64,000 nt of DNA from Harriotta raleighana (taxonomy: Eukaryota): NCBI GenBank assembly GCA_050575255.1, contig JBNZDD010013678.1:3986690-4050689 (forward strand). The letters run 5' to 3'. Each line of letters starts with the position of its first letter. The stretch's first letter is position 1. This document shows positions 1 through 12,760 of the stretch, in pieces. The notes under the pieces were generated by a model, which had not been told where the DNA came from, made no database searches, and was given only the letters and a program-made list of their open reading frames with translations. Made by a program: the position numbers and the translations under genes.

Positions 1-412
1 TATCCACCTTGAGCGACGTCAACCTTTTTAGAACTTCCTCTCTGGTGATAAATATTCTATCCATTTCTCCTACCCTCTCCTCCAATACTATGGCATTGGC
101 TGTATCCTTTTCTTTTGTGAAGACAGAAGCGAAGTATTCATTCAGTACATCAGCCATGCCCTCTGCCTCCACAATAAGATTTCCTCCAAGGTCCCTAATT
201 GGTCCCACCCTATCCTTGACCAACCTTTTTCTTTTAATATGTTGGTAAAAAACCTTAGGGTTCCCCTTAATCTTACTCGCTAGTTGTTTCTCATGCAGTC
301 TCTTTGCCCCTCTAACTTCCTTTTTTAGTTCTATCCTACACTTCCTATATTCTGCTTGGTTCCCTTCTGAATTCTGAGCCCGACACTTATCATAAGCCTC
401 CTTTTTTTTGCT
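1..412 (-). mobile_element. CR1 LINE ORF2 fragment (region between endonuclease and RT), continues off the left edge of the window
   Basis: Aligns by eye colinearly with 50533-50942 of the larger CR1 copy (e.g. GTGAAGACAGA.GC.AAGTA, CCACAATAAGATTTCCTCC, TTATCATAAGCCTCCTTTTTTT). Confidence 0.9.
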
Positions 413-816
413 CCCGCCTATCTCTCCGACCTGCTGTCTCCCTATCAGCTTGCCGGTCCCCTCTGTTCAGTGGACTCTGGCCTGCTCCACATCTCCCGCC
501 CGAACCTCCCTACCATCAGTGGCCGGGCTTTCAGCCTCTCTGCCCCCACACTCTGGAACTCCATCCCGCAATCCCTTTGCCTCGCCTCCTCCCTTTCCTC
601 CTTCAAGGCCAGTCTCAAGACCTTCCTCTTCGACCATGCCTTCTGCTCCCCTCCTAACTCTCCCCCCTCTCCTACTCTCCTTCCCCCTATCCCTTCCTCC
701 CCCTGCCTACCCCTCCTCCTGCACAGATCCTGACCTAACTGTTCAGCACCTTGGGACATCCTACCAACGTGAAAGGCGCTCTATAAGTGTAATTTTGTTG
801 TTGTTGTTTTTGTTGT
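413..816 (+). mobile_element. L2 LINE 3' end (ORF2 C-terminus, 3' UTR, (TTG)n tail)
   Basis: Translates to SGRAFSLSAPTLWNSIPQSLCLASSLSSFKASLKTFLF, the typical L2 ORF2 C-terminus (G.RAFS..AP.LWN.LP...FK..LKT.LF). It is followed by a pyrimidine-rich UTR, CAGCACCTTGGGAC...GTGAAAGGCGCTCTATAA and TTG repeats. Confidence 0.9.
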
Positions 817-907
817 NGTCCTGACCTAACTGTTCAGCACCTTGGGACATCCTACCGACGTGAAAGGCGCTCTATAAGTGTAATTTTGTTGTTGTTGTTT
901 TTGTTGT
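728..907. repeat. 89-bp duplication flanking single N at 817 (probable assembly artefact)
   Basis: 728-816 and 819-907 are identical apart from one substitution (CCAACG vs CCGACG). Confidence 0.85.
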
Positions 908-1059
908 ATTCTTAAGGAAATCTGGTTAATTAAAAAATAGGGTTTAGCAAAAGTAGAGGACATTTTGTATTAATGCCACCCTACATTCTGCCAGTAAAAT
1001 GTAAATCAGGAATTATAAATACACAATGGTTAGATATTCATATCTTAGAATATATTAAC

Positions 1060-1172
1060 AATAATAATCCCTGCATTTGATATAATGCTTTATTAATCTT
1101 TGAGATACCTCAAAGCGCTTCACAGAATATACCAGAGTACAAAGTGAATTGACTTTATATTTTTCTAGGCGA
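1060..1172 (-). mobile_element. Young tRNA/Deu SINE, 3' fragment
   Basis: ATAATAATCCCTGCATTTGATAT...AAAGCGCTTCACAGAATATAC...AAAGTGAATTGAC matches the tail of the full copies (e.g. 62578-62700). Confidence 0.8.
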
Positions 1173-4100
1173 AAAGGTTAGTGACAAAAAGTTAGTGGAT
1201 CATTCAGTAAATGAAAAATTTACCAAATTTAAACAGGCTTTTACCAGGTAGATTAAACGATTAAAATAAAATCCTAATTGCAACATAAATTAAAACATGA
1301 AATAAAGCATAAATTGGCCCAGCAGCAAGTTATTCATTATTGCCTTGATTTAAACAAAAGTTGTTTGAAGCCTTGAGGCAACCTTCAGGTCAAATTGTGT
1401 TATACCTTCTGTGATGCACTAAATGGCTACGAGGTATAACGATGTACTCTGTAGGACCTTTAACAATGGATTTGTGGATACAATGAGCTGTAATACACTA
1501 TTATGGCACCTTTAGGTTAATAAAACAAGACACGGTTGCCTATTTCCATTTGCTGGTGATTACAGTATGTACAGCATTCCTGATTCCACCGCTTTTCAGT
1601 TAAGGGTCTAATTAGGTTGTAGCCTTTTAGATTTAAGTTGTCTAATACTGGTTCAAAAGTTCATGGAATTCCCTTATGGGATCGTAATTTTCATCAGATT
1701 CCCTACAGCAATGCACGAGCAAACGGCTCTCTTATGCGTCGTGAGAGGCAGATAAATAAAAGCAACTAATGACAGAACGCAGAGCCGCCTTGTCGTGCAA
1801 ACTCCGAACAGCCTCATTTTCTTTCTTGCTAAATGTGATAATAAGATAAAGATGATAATGTAAGGTTGTACAATTGGCTGGGGCTGGTGACAAGGGAAGA
1901 AATGGATTATTCCGGAAACTGATGAAGCTCTGGCACAATTAGATTCTGAAGCAGCGCTCTGAGATTTGGTCATTCCATAGCCTGTTCTGATTGATGACAA
2001 AATCATAACTTCATCATATTAACTTCAGAGTTCACTGGCAGGTTACAGTAGGTCTGATTCTGTCTCATTTTGAACTGTGACAGAACAGGCAACTTAACTC
2101 TTTCCGTGACACAACACTGCTCTTGTATAAAGTTCTGTTAGAATTTTTTTCGATTTTATTATTTGAAAGATAATTGAATGAAATGCATGAAGTAGCACAA
2201 GCTTCCTAGGCCAGAGGCAGAGTACATCGGATGCACAACTCACACATAACACCAGGACGGAAGATGCGTTTGTTGAGATACACCATTGTGCAGTGCTTTT
2301 AATAAAGGATTTTAATAAAGAATTTGCAATTAAAACTCAAAATAGAAATGGAATCTCAATCTACTTTTGAATACGGTCACGGTCCTTTTTCCAGTTTAAA
2401 AATATGGTTGTTTTCGTAAGCCTAAGCGTTCTGCTGTTGGTGGGTTTCCAATTAAATCATCAGTGAAATGCCTCAGATCCCCATGGGAAGAGGAATAAAC
2501 TGGAGAGTGACCAGCCTCTGTAGAGTGGGGCAGGGAGAGAGAGAAGCTTGGGAACATCCTGTATACCACCCTCTTGGATCCAGACTGCCCATGACACTGG
2601 AGATTAAACAGTTTTACTCTCTGCGATGCACCTACTCCTGGCTCAAAGACAGAGAGGACATTGTGTTTTCACAATGTGCTAAAACACTGCCTGTGTCATA
2701 CTCAAGTGTGATCTTGTTCATGTTAGATTTACTGCTGTTACAAACGTCTAAATCCAGATATACTATATTTCACTGTACTAGCACAAATGGCAAATGTATT
2801 ACTTGAAACTTAAATATTTTTTACTTGGTTTTCTCATCTGAGATAGATAGGATTATCAATGGAATATACTAGATAATATTAGTAACTATATTGAAACAGT
2901 CATATACCCAATTTAATATTTAACACAATTAAGAAAAGGTTCTTACTGTCCAATGGAGGCATACAAAGCCAGTGAAATTAACGATTAATGATTGCTCCAA
3001 AGTATTGCAATTTCCCCATGATGCCAGCAACTGCCAGTGATATATTTTTAATTTATTTTCTGGAAAGTAAATATTGCATTGATGTTTGATATGGCTATCT
3101 GCTGTTGGCCGTGTTTGCTTTCCTGTGTCATTTGTTTAGAATCTGATCTGATCTGTGATTTATATTCTGCTGACTTCCTTTCTATGCCTGTTTGAGCTGC
3201 AAACTGATAAGTAGAAAACTCTATAAAAAAAAATCTGGAGTAGATATCAAATATTCATAACTACCACAGCCCACACAATATCTGTGGCATTTCCTTATTT
3301 CAATAAGGTTGAATCTGTGACTGACATATAATTAAAATCTGTATATAACGGCGATTGCAAACACATATAACAGGACGCATTAAAACAACCAAGACAGGTT
3401 CATAAAAACATATAATCTATACACAGCACGCATTATGTGATAGCAGTAACCGTCACTGCATAATTGTTGGTATAAATAAACTTGAGGTATAGTTAAGTAA
3501 TCTAGTCAATGTGCAATCAAGTGACATGTCTTAAAATGAATTGGAACTATTGAACATTGGATTTTCATGGAATAGATCTGTTATTTTTCATATAATGGGT
3601 CAGGGCTTTTGAAGGGAATTGTGCTTTCCTGATGCCTGCATACTGGCAGTGCTCTCCAGCCATCACTCACTAAGTGATTCATTCCTTCCAGCGCATGTCA
3701 TAAACATACTCAATTGTTGGATGAGGATATTGGAATTGGAGGTAAGACTTCTCAGTGACCTTTTACATGCAATGTAAAAGTCGATATTCCAGGAAATGCT
3801 ACAAGCATTCGTGGGTGTGCCCTCACATCTTAAGTGTTTTTAAATGCTTTGTTAAAATTAGGCATCGTGAATCTAAGTAATGGTATCCCTGCAGCTCAAT
3901 AGAAAACACCGGTAAGTTTATTTGATAGCAGTTCAGTTTAGGAATCCCTATCTATTAGACAAGCTGTTCAGTTATTAACAGGGTGTTTACAAAGGCTTGT
4001 TATCCCCACGTTTCTTTTGTTGAACAACAACTGAAACATTTGGAAGAATGATGATCATTGAATTTACAAGTACTTGATTGTATTCAGTGCAAAAGTGCTT

Positions 4101-4199
4101 AACTGTATTTAGATGTCCAGAGGATCTGTGAGTGTGAGCGTCATCATTTTCATGGCAAATAATGATCTGTTTCCATGTTTGGTACAACAGCTATATGTA

Positions 4200-4330
4200 G
4201 TTCCATTTTGAATTCTAATCTGGATCCTGTTTCGATCACACCACCCTGGACACGCTAACAACTCTCTGTATAAACAAATCCCTCCTCACCAACCCTTTTT
4301 GCTCCCTTGGTATCTATCTTAACTTGATGT
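4200..4330 (-). mobile_element. Degraded CR1 3' fragment
   Basis: Loose similarity to 49120-49260 (ACAACTCTCTGTATAAACAAATCCCTCCTCACC). Confidence 0.45.
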
Positions 4331-4399
4331 TGTCTTGTTACTGATTCTGTTAAAAAAAAACAGCTTCTAACTTAACACAGAATTTAAGAATTTGCCACA

Positions 4400-4505
4400 G
4401 GCTAAGACGAGGAGACATTTCGGGCTTTAAATTGTACAAAAAAAAGTCAAACAGATTTTAATGTCCGAGATTTTTTTTGTTACAGTGGTAAGAAGTAGTG
4501 GAATA
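4400..4505 (+). mobile_element. Degraded CR1 ORF2 C-terminal fragment
   Basis: Remnant of the TRGH..KL...R..FF..RVV..WN region (AAGACGAGGAGACAT...GATTTTTTTTGTTACAGTGGTAAGAAGTAGTGGAATA). Confidence 0.45.
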
Positions 4506-4506
4506 A

Positions 4507-4640
4507 TCATAGAATCATAGAACTTTACAGCACAGAAGGAAGCCATTCGGCCCATCGTGCCTGTGTCAGCTCTTTGAAAGAGTTACCAAATAGTCCCACT
4601 CCCCCTCTCTCCTTAAAGAGCAAATATTTCCTCTTTAAGG
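4507..4640 (-). mobile_element. CR1 3' terminus with (ATTCTATG)n tail
   Basis: CATAGAATCATAGAA...GAAGGAAGCCATTCGGCCCATC...GCTCTTTGAAAGAG matches 48967-49050. Confidence 0.85.
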
Positions 4641-7600
4641 ATAAACTCTCAAATTTTTTCACTGAAGTATATGTTATAAATGTTTGTGTGCGAATGTGTG
4701 CCTTGGACTCGACAAGTTTGTTTGTACAGATTCCCTACTCCTCCATGTAGGTGGTTCTGAATCCATCCGGTGTAATGAGAATCTACTTCCTCCAAGAGAC
4801 CACAGGATAAAGTATTTGAACTGATTGATCTGATATCTGCTGGTTTCAGGCTAAAAATCATTTGAAGATCTGAGAGAAAAAGACAATAGGAAATCATAAT
4901 TACCAACTTCCAGAAACCATGTTCCTTATGTTTTATTTTTTCTAAACCTAGCCAAGCAATATGATGATACCCAGAAAGTTGGCTTTTTTTATGGTAGAAA
5001 AATCAAAGCATTTCCCCTTGCTGTAACAGTGTGACCCATCACATCTAAATCATTTCCTGTGTAAATACAAAGTTCTCCTTTGTTGAAACCGATTGTTCAC
5101 AGGTTAGTTATTGCTGCTTTATATGCACAAAAAGAAAAGTTCAGAATAAGGGGCCACTAGGGGTTGTTTTACAGCAATAGCATGTAAAGCGGGAAAAAAA
5201 GTCCTGAACTGTTTGCTACATGGCCTCTTTATCTGATAACAAGCGAATACAGTACTACTATTGCACATTGCCATTGTTTATCTACTAGTCTTTTGAGTTT
5301 CCCCCATTCTCCTCACCTTAAATTGGACATATAGGCCAGTTTTAAACCAGATCTTAACAAGAATGTTACCAAATCAATGTTACCAGGATGTTTGCTTTTG
5401 TTTGAAGTCCCAGATACACTTTAAAGGGTAACGGCAGATTTTGTTCAAGGAACCATTTCTATCCAGTTTCAAAGACGCCCATAAATTTCCTCTCCACCCC
5501 AAGTCCAACTTTCTGCACTGCAGGCCTTGTTGATGATGAATTAACATTGAGATCATTAGGATGCTAGCACTATTTGCAGTTGCTTATGAGAAGTATTCGG
5601 TTAAGTGTTTCCAAGCAGGTGTGACGACTGTAAAATGGGCTGAAAAGGTAACAGCACAAATGCTTACTTTGCTCTTACAATGGAAACAAGCTTTGCTTAG
5701 GTTTAACTCAGTATTTGTGTTCTGTCTAGCCTGCATACACTATGCAAAGGTAAAGCCTGAGCTCTGTGTTTCCAGGAATGTCCATCACATTGACAAGTCA
5801 CAGATTTGTGTGTTGTTTGGGTGGATGCACACAGGCAGCCTAGTTAATAAATTAGTGCAGGGCCACAGAATGTCTGCGTCTACAAAGCCTTCTTTAAGAT
5901 GAAAAAAATAAGGATTGCATCAAATGGCCACAGTGCAGCTCCTAAGTAATCTTGTAGTTTACATTTTGGAAAGCCATCTGTTAATGCACAGGACAAGCAG
6001 GTCATTTGCTTTACCACTTTGGAAACAAATCTTATTCAAGGAGTGTGATAAGACTTTAGGCTGAGCTGCTCACAAGCATACCGATCAACCTATTACACCT
6101 ATACCTTCATACAGTATTTAATAGCATGCTATGGACTGGGTTAAAGCAGCAGACTCTTATCATTGCAGTGCTCAACTGGTTTGTGCTGCATTAATCTCCC
6201 CCCTTCCCCCAGCTCACTCCATCCATTCTTTAATGTGCCTTGTTAATACCAATCCAATGTTTTTTTTGATTGTATTTGGGTTTGAAGCCAACAGCACAAA
6301 GTAACCAGCCTTCCTTGCATGAATAATTTGATTTTCATTTGTGACCAGCATGACGTGTGACCTTTGCTCTTCAGAATGATCTTTTCGTCTCCCAGAAAGT
6401 TCACAGAAGGGTCACTGAGTTGCACTGACTTCCTCTTTGGTGTGTGTGGTGTGTATGTGGACAGGATCTATGTAGTGGGAGAGAGCTTCCGCCATATCTG
6501 AGGCACTTTCCTTTCTAGAATAAATCAGAATTAGTGCAGTCTATGCGTTGCCTTGCAGTGTAAAGGGATGAATATTTCACAATAATAAGAGGGTCACCAA
6601 GATGGCAAATCAAACACTTTGTGCAACAGAATAGGAGTGTGTGTAATTGGAACATGGTTCCATTCTTAGACATTCTTTTGGGGTTAAAATAACAGGGCAA
6701 AAGCAGTCTGAATAAGTAAAATGTTTCTTGTGTGATACAAAATTTTCACACGCTTAAGCCCCTCAAAAGTTTGAAAGCTCTGATTCCATTTTGAGGTTTA
6801 AAGCTTCATCAATTCCACATTTTATTAGAAATTGGTTTCACTTTTATGGTCCAAAAAAAATACAGTGCTTTCATACATCATCATTGTTTGATTTTTTCTT
6901 CCCTTTATTTCTTTTCCAAACGTCAATATGGAATGTTATGATATTGCTTGTTACTCGGGATAATGCTGTTGATATTATTTAGTCATATAACAGCGCTCAT
7001 AATGGTTTTGATACGATGCTGAAATGATGCAGAGACGAATGAATTTTTCATTTTTTTTTCCAGAATCTAGGTTCATGTCGAGGTCATAGCATCACTGAGT
7101 AGTACCCAGAAGGCAAGTGTCTGCACAGACCTGCTGAACAAATGGGACTACGAACACATTTTAAAACTGGAGGCACATGACAACGGAGAGGCCTGCTGGT
7201 GAGAAAGGTGACAAAATGATTGTAAGGGTAGTGTTCGTGGATAAAAATGAGGGGAATCGGCACTTTGGGTTGTCCGTCACATAAGCAGGCTGGGGGATGT
7301 GTGCCATCAGCTGGTAGGCATGTACTCTCGGAAAGGGTTTTCAGGCCTGACATTGGTCATATATCATTGCAGCTGTGCCCTTTGATTACACAGAGGCCTT
7401 GCAGAGTCATTAATAACTGGTATCAGGCTTTTTGTCTGGCAAATGACATCTGGCCACTAAGTGACTTAACACCTAGCTGGCTCTTTTTGGGGGTAATGTA
7501 GAAGAGGTGAGCTTAAAGAAGGAACCTGTTTATTTTACTTCCATGTGCTCTTGTCTTCAAGGAGCTAAACCACTTTGTGCAGAGAAACCATTCGCTGGTG

Positions 7601-7904
7601 TGTCGGTACATGAAGCCAGCCCCAAGCGATTGGCTTTGCCAGAAGTGGCTGGAATCCTGTCAAAATTATTTTGATGGACTACAATCCTTTTCTCTTAATA
7701 TAGTGCAATGGTATGGGTATTACTTTAGCTAAAGATACATTAGTAACAATATCACTTACACATTGAAGTGTAACTTGGCTGCTATTGTTAGTAATACTGT
7801 AGGTCTAAATTGGTATCATGTGAGTTCTATATTTTATGGGAGCAGAGTGGATGAATCTTCTGTGTGCTAAACCAATGGAATATTTGGCAAGGCATGTTGA
7901 AAGT

Positions 7905-7972
7905 TGACACTGGGCGTGTGTCCTCCCGACATGAAAGGAGCTATACACATGTAATTTTGTTGTTGTTGTTAT
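7905..7972 (+). mobile_element. L2 3' tail
   Basis: GACATGAAAGGAGCTATACACATGTAATTTTGTTGTTGTTG resembles the tail at 765-816. Confidence 0.7.
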
Positions 7973-9229
7973 TAAGGGTTGAAATGAAATCTCTAAGATT
8001 TGGTCACGTTTGGAAAAACATCCTCACATGATTCATAATGTTGTCTAATTCATTTTTTTCCACACACAAAACAAACTGCACAAAAGACTGAAACCCTCAT
8101 GCAAACTAAACAAGTTGAGCAGTTATCCAATATCACCACAGCCACAGACTCAATAAACAGTGGACAGGGGTCAAGCAAATCCGTTGTATTTTTCTGAATG
8201 TATTTATTGTATCTAATTTGTATGGTGGATTATCTTCCATCGGGAGGAAGTTGAGCAAAGGTCTGTGGACAATTAGAGCTATAAATGCTGATTGATATAT
8301 TGAGAGACATAATATCAGTTGGTATTTTTAGACCTCAGTTTATGTTTTTGCTTAGAACTGAGCAATGGTGTTTCAGCCACAAATCATAGGCACTTGTGCT
8401 TCACCACCTGGGAAGAGCTTTCCTATGAAGCATTTGTATAATGAAGATATGTATGCACACAATTATTAAACCACAACACACAGACACATACACACAACCA
8501 CAACCTGCATTATTTGGAATAGTTACTGTGTTCTTTATTGGCATGAAGTTTAAAACTAATGAATTTGCTGCACTTGATTTTTCAGCATTAATTTATACTG
8601 TAGTAAGTTCCGATCACAATATTATCAATTGACTCACGGCTTAAAGATGCTGTGGTTTTGTTAGTAACGGCCAGGTTTCAGATGTCAATAAATCAGTTTT
8701 TTGTCATCTTTTACAAACTCCCCGGCTTTGGGAGATCATTAATTGAATGCTGATAAGATAGACTATGTGCTCCGTCATGTATATGGTATTCACCTTTCCT
8801 TGCAGGGTTTAACCTTACATTGGACATCTGCCTTGTAAGTTGTGTCTGCGCTTTGAAATGGCTATCTCGTATCATGGCTGAGGTTATTTTACATACTAGC
8901 AAGAAAGTGTGCAGCAATAAATCTTGAACATTGATATAAAGAAGATTCCTCTTTGCCAGGTTTTTTAAGAACAATGATTCACCCACTTTGTATAAACATA
9001 CTTTTCAAATAAATAGTAGTTTTAGAGACCATCGCGATTAAAAATCTGGAATAAATAAATATTGAGTTGTAAAGGGAGAAAGCCTTGAAAAACATTTAAT
9101 TCAACCTCCTGGCAATGTAAACCAATATTTTTAATGTGCTGAACTGTATTATGCTATTTTCAGGAATAGAGCCCCAAAAGAACTTCTTAGTGAGGAGGAT
9201 ACCTGTTAACATTCTTTGCTGAAGTTGTC

Positions 9230-9500
9230 ATCTCCTCACTCCCTTATCAACTACCCAATGTCTCCATTCAACTGGCACTGGCCTCCTGCTTGACCCTCAC
9301 ACTCTGCACTCCATCATTGGAGGTCCTGCTTTTAGCCACTCTGCCCCGAAACTTTGGAACATTCGCCCTCAATCCTTCCAGTCACCAATCCCCTTCCCCC
9401 AAAAAACTCAGAATCAGGCTCCACCATCACTAGCTTTGAGATGCTGCCTGGTGTGGAGAGCACTATATAAGTGCCAATTGTGATTGCTGTTGTTGCTTCC
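9230..9500 (+). mobile_element. Degraded L2 3' end
   Basis: ACTGGCCTCCTG...CATTGGAGGTCCTGCTTTTAGCCACTCTGCCCCGAAACTTTGGAAC parallels 474-560 and ends in an L2-type tail. Confidence 0.75.
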
Positions 9501-10909
9501 TGAAGTACCCTTTCAATTAACAATCATAAATTAACATTAGTTAACGACATCTCGATTTTTGCTAACTATCCCAAGTTAGCTCTCCCTCCCAGTGATACCA
9601 TCAGCGTTCAGGGTTTTAACAATAGTAATATTTGAAAGAAATCAAGAACAATAAGTGGAAAAAGTAATGGATAATTAGTCAAATCAATAGTAATTTCTTA
9701 CAGGAAGTGGGGATGGTGCCAATTGCTCTTAAATGAAATGGATGAGCAGGTTGTAACTGAACTGAGAGCAGAGACATACTGAAGGATGTGACTCCCAGCC
9801 AGACAAGTCCTTCAGGCAAGCTGCCTGCCCTCGGTTACAACCTCGAGAACTCTCTCTTGTCTGTTACTGCTGTTGTGATTGTAACGACGTAAAGAATGTT
9901 CAAACAAAGCAGCTTTTAAGGTATTTAAAGTCATGGATTCCTTAGGGAGACATAGGGTCTGAAATTTCCCATGTGGTGAGTTCCCCAGACAGAGCTATGC
10001 AGCAGGGGTTGGATGCTCATCCTTAAAACACAAGTAAATATTGAAGAGTGAATTATCACGGCTGCTCTTGCAGACCTCCTAGTGGCTCTCTGAAGTACAT
10101 CATCGATGCATGCTGCGAGCAGGTTTCATGCACATCGTCTCTGTCTCACAATGCAGTGCAACATTGGGATATTTAACAAAGGTGGAGAAAAGGCTTTGAA
10201 AACTTGAAATATCGGGGAAAATTCAAAAGGGTAACGTCTTTGTGAAAAACGATATGGCAAATGTACTTTATTGAAGAGGAATCACTTATCCATGGAGACA
10301 TCACAAGTGACTGGTGGTGTTTTATTCCACCTCTTCTACCTATTCCTTTCTCTGGTTTTGCAATTCTCTTACTTGTTGCCACCCCAGCTGCATAAGTGCT
10401 CTCGGGATCTTGTTAATTCTTTTTCTTTAATATCAAAACCACCTAATACACACAAGGCACAATCCTTCCCAGCGTGATGCACCAGGTATTTCATTTAGCA
10501 TAAGTCTCAGTACAAATTCATATTACTAAAATTTCATTTACATTCATTTTCAGAATTTTTTCATTCGACTGTGCTAGAATTCAACTGGACAGCTAAGGAA
10601 AAAATGATCTCACTAAAGGAGCAGAGCTTTGAAGGAATATTTCTGCTGTAGTGCCAGAAATAAAAGCACTCAGGCAAACTGCACACAGGCCTTTGGGAAC
10701 CCTCAGATTTTCACGCTTTGTGTAAGTGAATGTATTTTTGCAACGTTTCCCCTAATTTTCCTCTTTTACTTCCTGAAGGCAATGATTCATAGTGATGTAT
10801 GGTTTGTTAGATGTCAACAGCCTTTCATTCTTTCACATGGGAGCCAAGAACATGCCAATAAGACCCTATTTAATGTGAACAGCATCACCGCTAAACCCAA
10901 TCTTTCCTA

Positions 10910-11112
10910 GTTTGATTCCCAGTCTGTGGGGAGTTAGCTGGTCGTAATTGGGGCATGAGATAGGAGGGCTACATTGGGTATGCCTGAGCTAAAGAGGAGA
11001 AGGTAAGACAGTGTTCCTACTTTTTAATCGCTATCCAGTGCTCTCCTATTGGGAAGAGCACATTAGTATGTATTCATATAGATGTCGCCAGGTGAGAAAA
11101 TGATTAAACTTG
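10910..11112 (+). mobile_element. Ancient tRNA-derived SINE fragment (AmnSINE2-like family)
   Basis: GTCTGTGGGGAGTTAGCTGGTC and ATCGCTATCCAGTG are shared with 13250-13280, 37435-37460 and 60920-61040. The family name is from memory. Confidence 0.55.
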
Positions 11113-11159
11113 CATTGAGGACAAAGTCTTAAAAGGCCTCATGGAATTGTACCCAGATC

Positions 11160-11300
11160 AAGACAACAATGTTAAGGGGAAAAGAGAATGGTGAAATTAG
11201 AGAAATACATGTCAGTGGCAGGATTCCTACTGACTCCACAGACATACCCTTTTGTGTGAATGACTTGGAAATAGATAAAATGTCAACAACACAACTGAAC
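11160..11300 (+). mobile_element. Highly degraded CR1 RT fragment
   Basis: REIHVSG...FCVNDLEID resembles the WREV.SG...LF.I..NDLD segment of the CR1 at 49829-50152. Confidence 0.35.
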
Positions 11301-11440
11301 GTGATACAATGTGAACAAAATTCAAATGAGATGGTGAGATTGGACGAACACGGTTTACAAGTGCCAGACATCTTGCAACATATCACCTGAGTGGCAATTC
11401 TTCACTTGAGAGCCTTGGCAGTGAACGTCACAGGCTGATT

Positions 11441-11540
11441 GTGCATTTTACAGTATATTCTGTGAAGCACTTTGAGATGTCTCAAAGAGGTGATCAGGCG
11501 CTATATCAAGTGGAAGGACTATTAGGATTATTATTATTAT
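11441..11540 (+). mobile_element. Young SINE 3' fragment
   Basis: TTTACAGTATATTCTGTGAAGCACTTTGAGATGTCTC...GCGCTATATCAA...(TTA)n. Confidence 0.8.
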
Positions 11541-11544
11541 CTAT

Positions 11545-11690
11545 CCCAATAGCCCACTCAATAGTGAGTGGGAACTGTTTGATTTCATCCCTCCCAACAG
11601 TTGGCCTGACTGAGATCAACTCACTCAGCACACACCAAGATTCAGACCTGCTTTTGTCTTTAGCCGATAATGCTTTAAGCCACGTTTATC
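11545..11690 (-). mobile_element. Ancient SINE fragment related to the AmnSINE2-like family
   Basis: Minus strand GGTGTGTGCTGAGTGAGTTGATCTCAG matches CTGTCTGTGCTGAGTTGGCTGATCTTAG at 13251-13278. Confidence 0.45.
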
Positions 11691-12499
11691 GGAAGAGTTA
11701 TGGACAATCCCACTTATAACCCCAAAAAAGGGAAAACAAATGTCCAATGAGAGGAAATTAAACCCAATTATTTTCCCTTCAACATGGAAATGATCAGAAA
11801 TAAGCCAATATGACCCCATTTCAAACAATGTTGATTTAGAATAGTTTTGAAGGAATTTTTGCTGAGATCCTGGACTTTCTAAATAATGCAATCCACCAGA
11901 ATCTTTCTTTCAAGGTTGGGATAAATATATTGATACACCAATTTGTTTGGATTCTCTCCTAGGTGGAATCACTTGGCAACTCATAAATAAGGCCACAGAG
12001 AGAGGGTGACTGTGGCAGCTTTTGTTTGAATGTTATATTTCCAGTACAAACAGAACACCAGTCATGTGAGTGTTCATAGAACTACACACTGGAGACCATT
12101 TATTGGTAGTCGCTTCATTGTTACTCTCTAAAGCCACAATTCTTCTCAACAGATCCTGTTATTTCCGATCTGATAATGCCACCGCTACACTGACCATTCT
12201 GCCTTTTTACCTGCTATGGAATTTGACATAAGCTAAATATAAAAGTTAATTAGGCCAATGTTACTCTGTTCTTGTGTTTTACCAAAAAATGGAATGTCAG
12301 GGAACGCAGGAATTGATAGATCATCTGTTTCTTACAGTTTCCTTCCTCCCCTCAAAACTAGAGTTAAAGAGAGGATAAAGGAGGGGGAAAAAAAGACCAG
12401 TTTATCCCTTTTAAGGCTTTTAAAGTAGATTCCTGCAGCATTGTACAGTTCTGAAGTTACAGTACATTGCAAAATACTCCTCGTCAGACTTGGTGTAAG

Positions 12500-12760
12500 T
12501 GACCTTAACAAAGGGGCATTTTCAAGGATTCAGAGTGATAGAAGTGAATAGTGACAAGGATTTTCTGATTCAAAGCGTAGTGTGGAGGCTGGTGACTGGT
12601 ATGTTGCAATGGAAAAAAGGAGGATGGGGGGTGAGCCAACACAGACATGGCTCTCAGGAGGCAGTGGGTATAACCACTGGTGTGCTGAAATAGTGTGAGC
12701 TCCCTGGGCCTGGTACGGGAGAGTGATTGGGGATTCTGAAGCCCACTGAGGGTTAGTGAA
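12500..12760 (-). mobile_element. Degraded L2 RT fragment
   Basis: Purine-rich plus strand. The minus strand retains a remnant of the PQGSVLGPLLF region (GCCATGTCTGTGTTGGCTCACCCCCCATCCTCCTTTTTTCC). Confidence 0.4.

Noticed and set aside
4649-4906. Minus-strand acceptor (TCTTTTTCTCTCAG) followed by an open frame
   Set aside because: No good donor, unrecognised peptide and no partner exons.
7695-7740. TAGTGCAAT seed similar to the miR-130/301/454 family
   Set aside because: The rest of the mature sequence does not match and I see no precursor hairpin. I recognised no known miRNA in the window.
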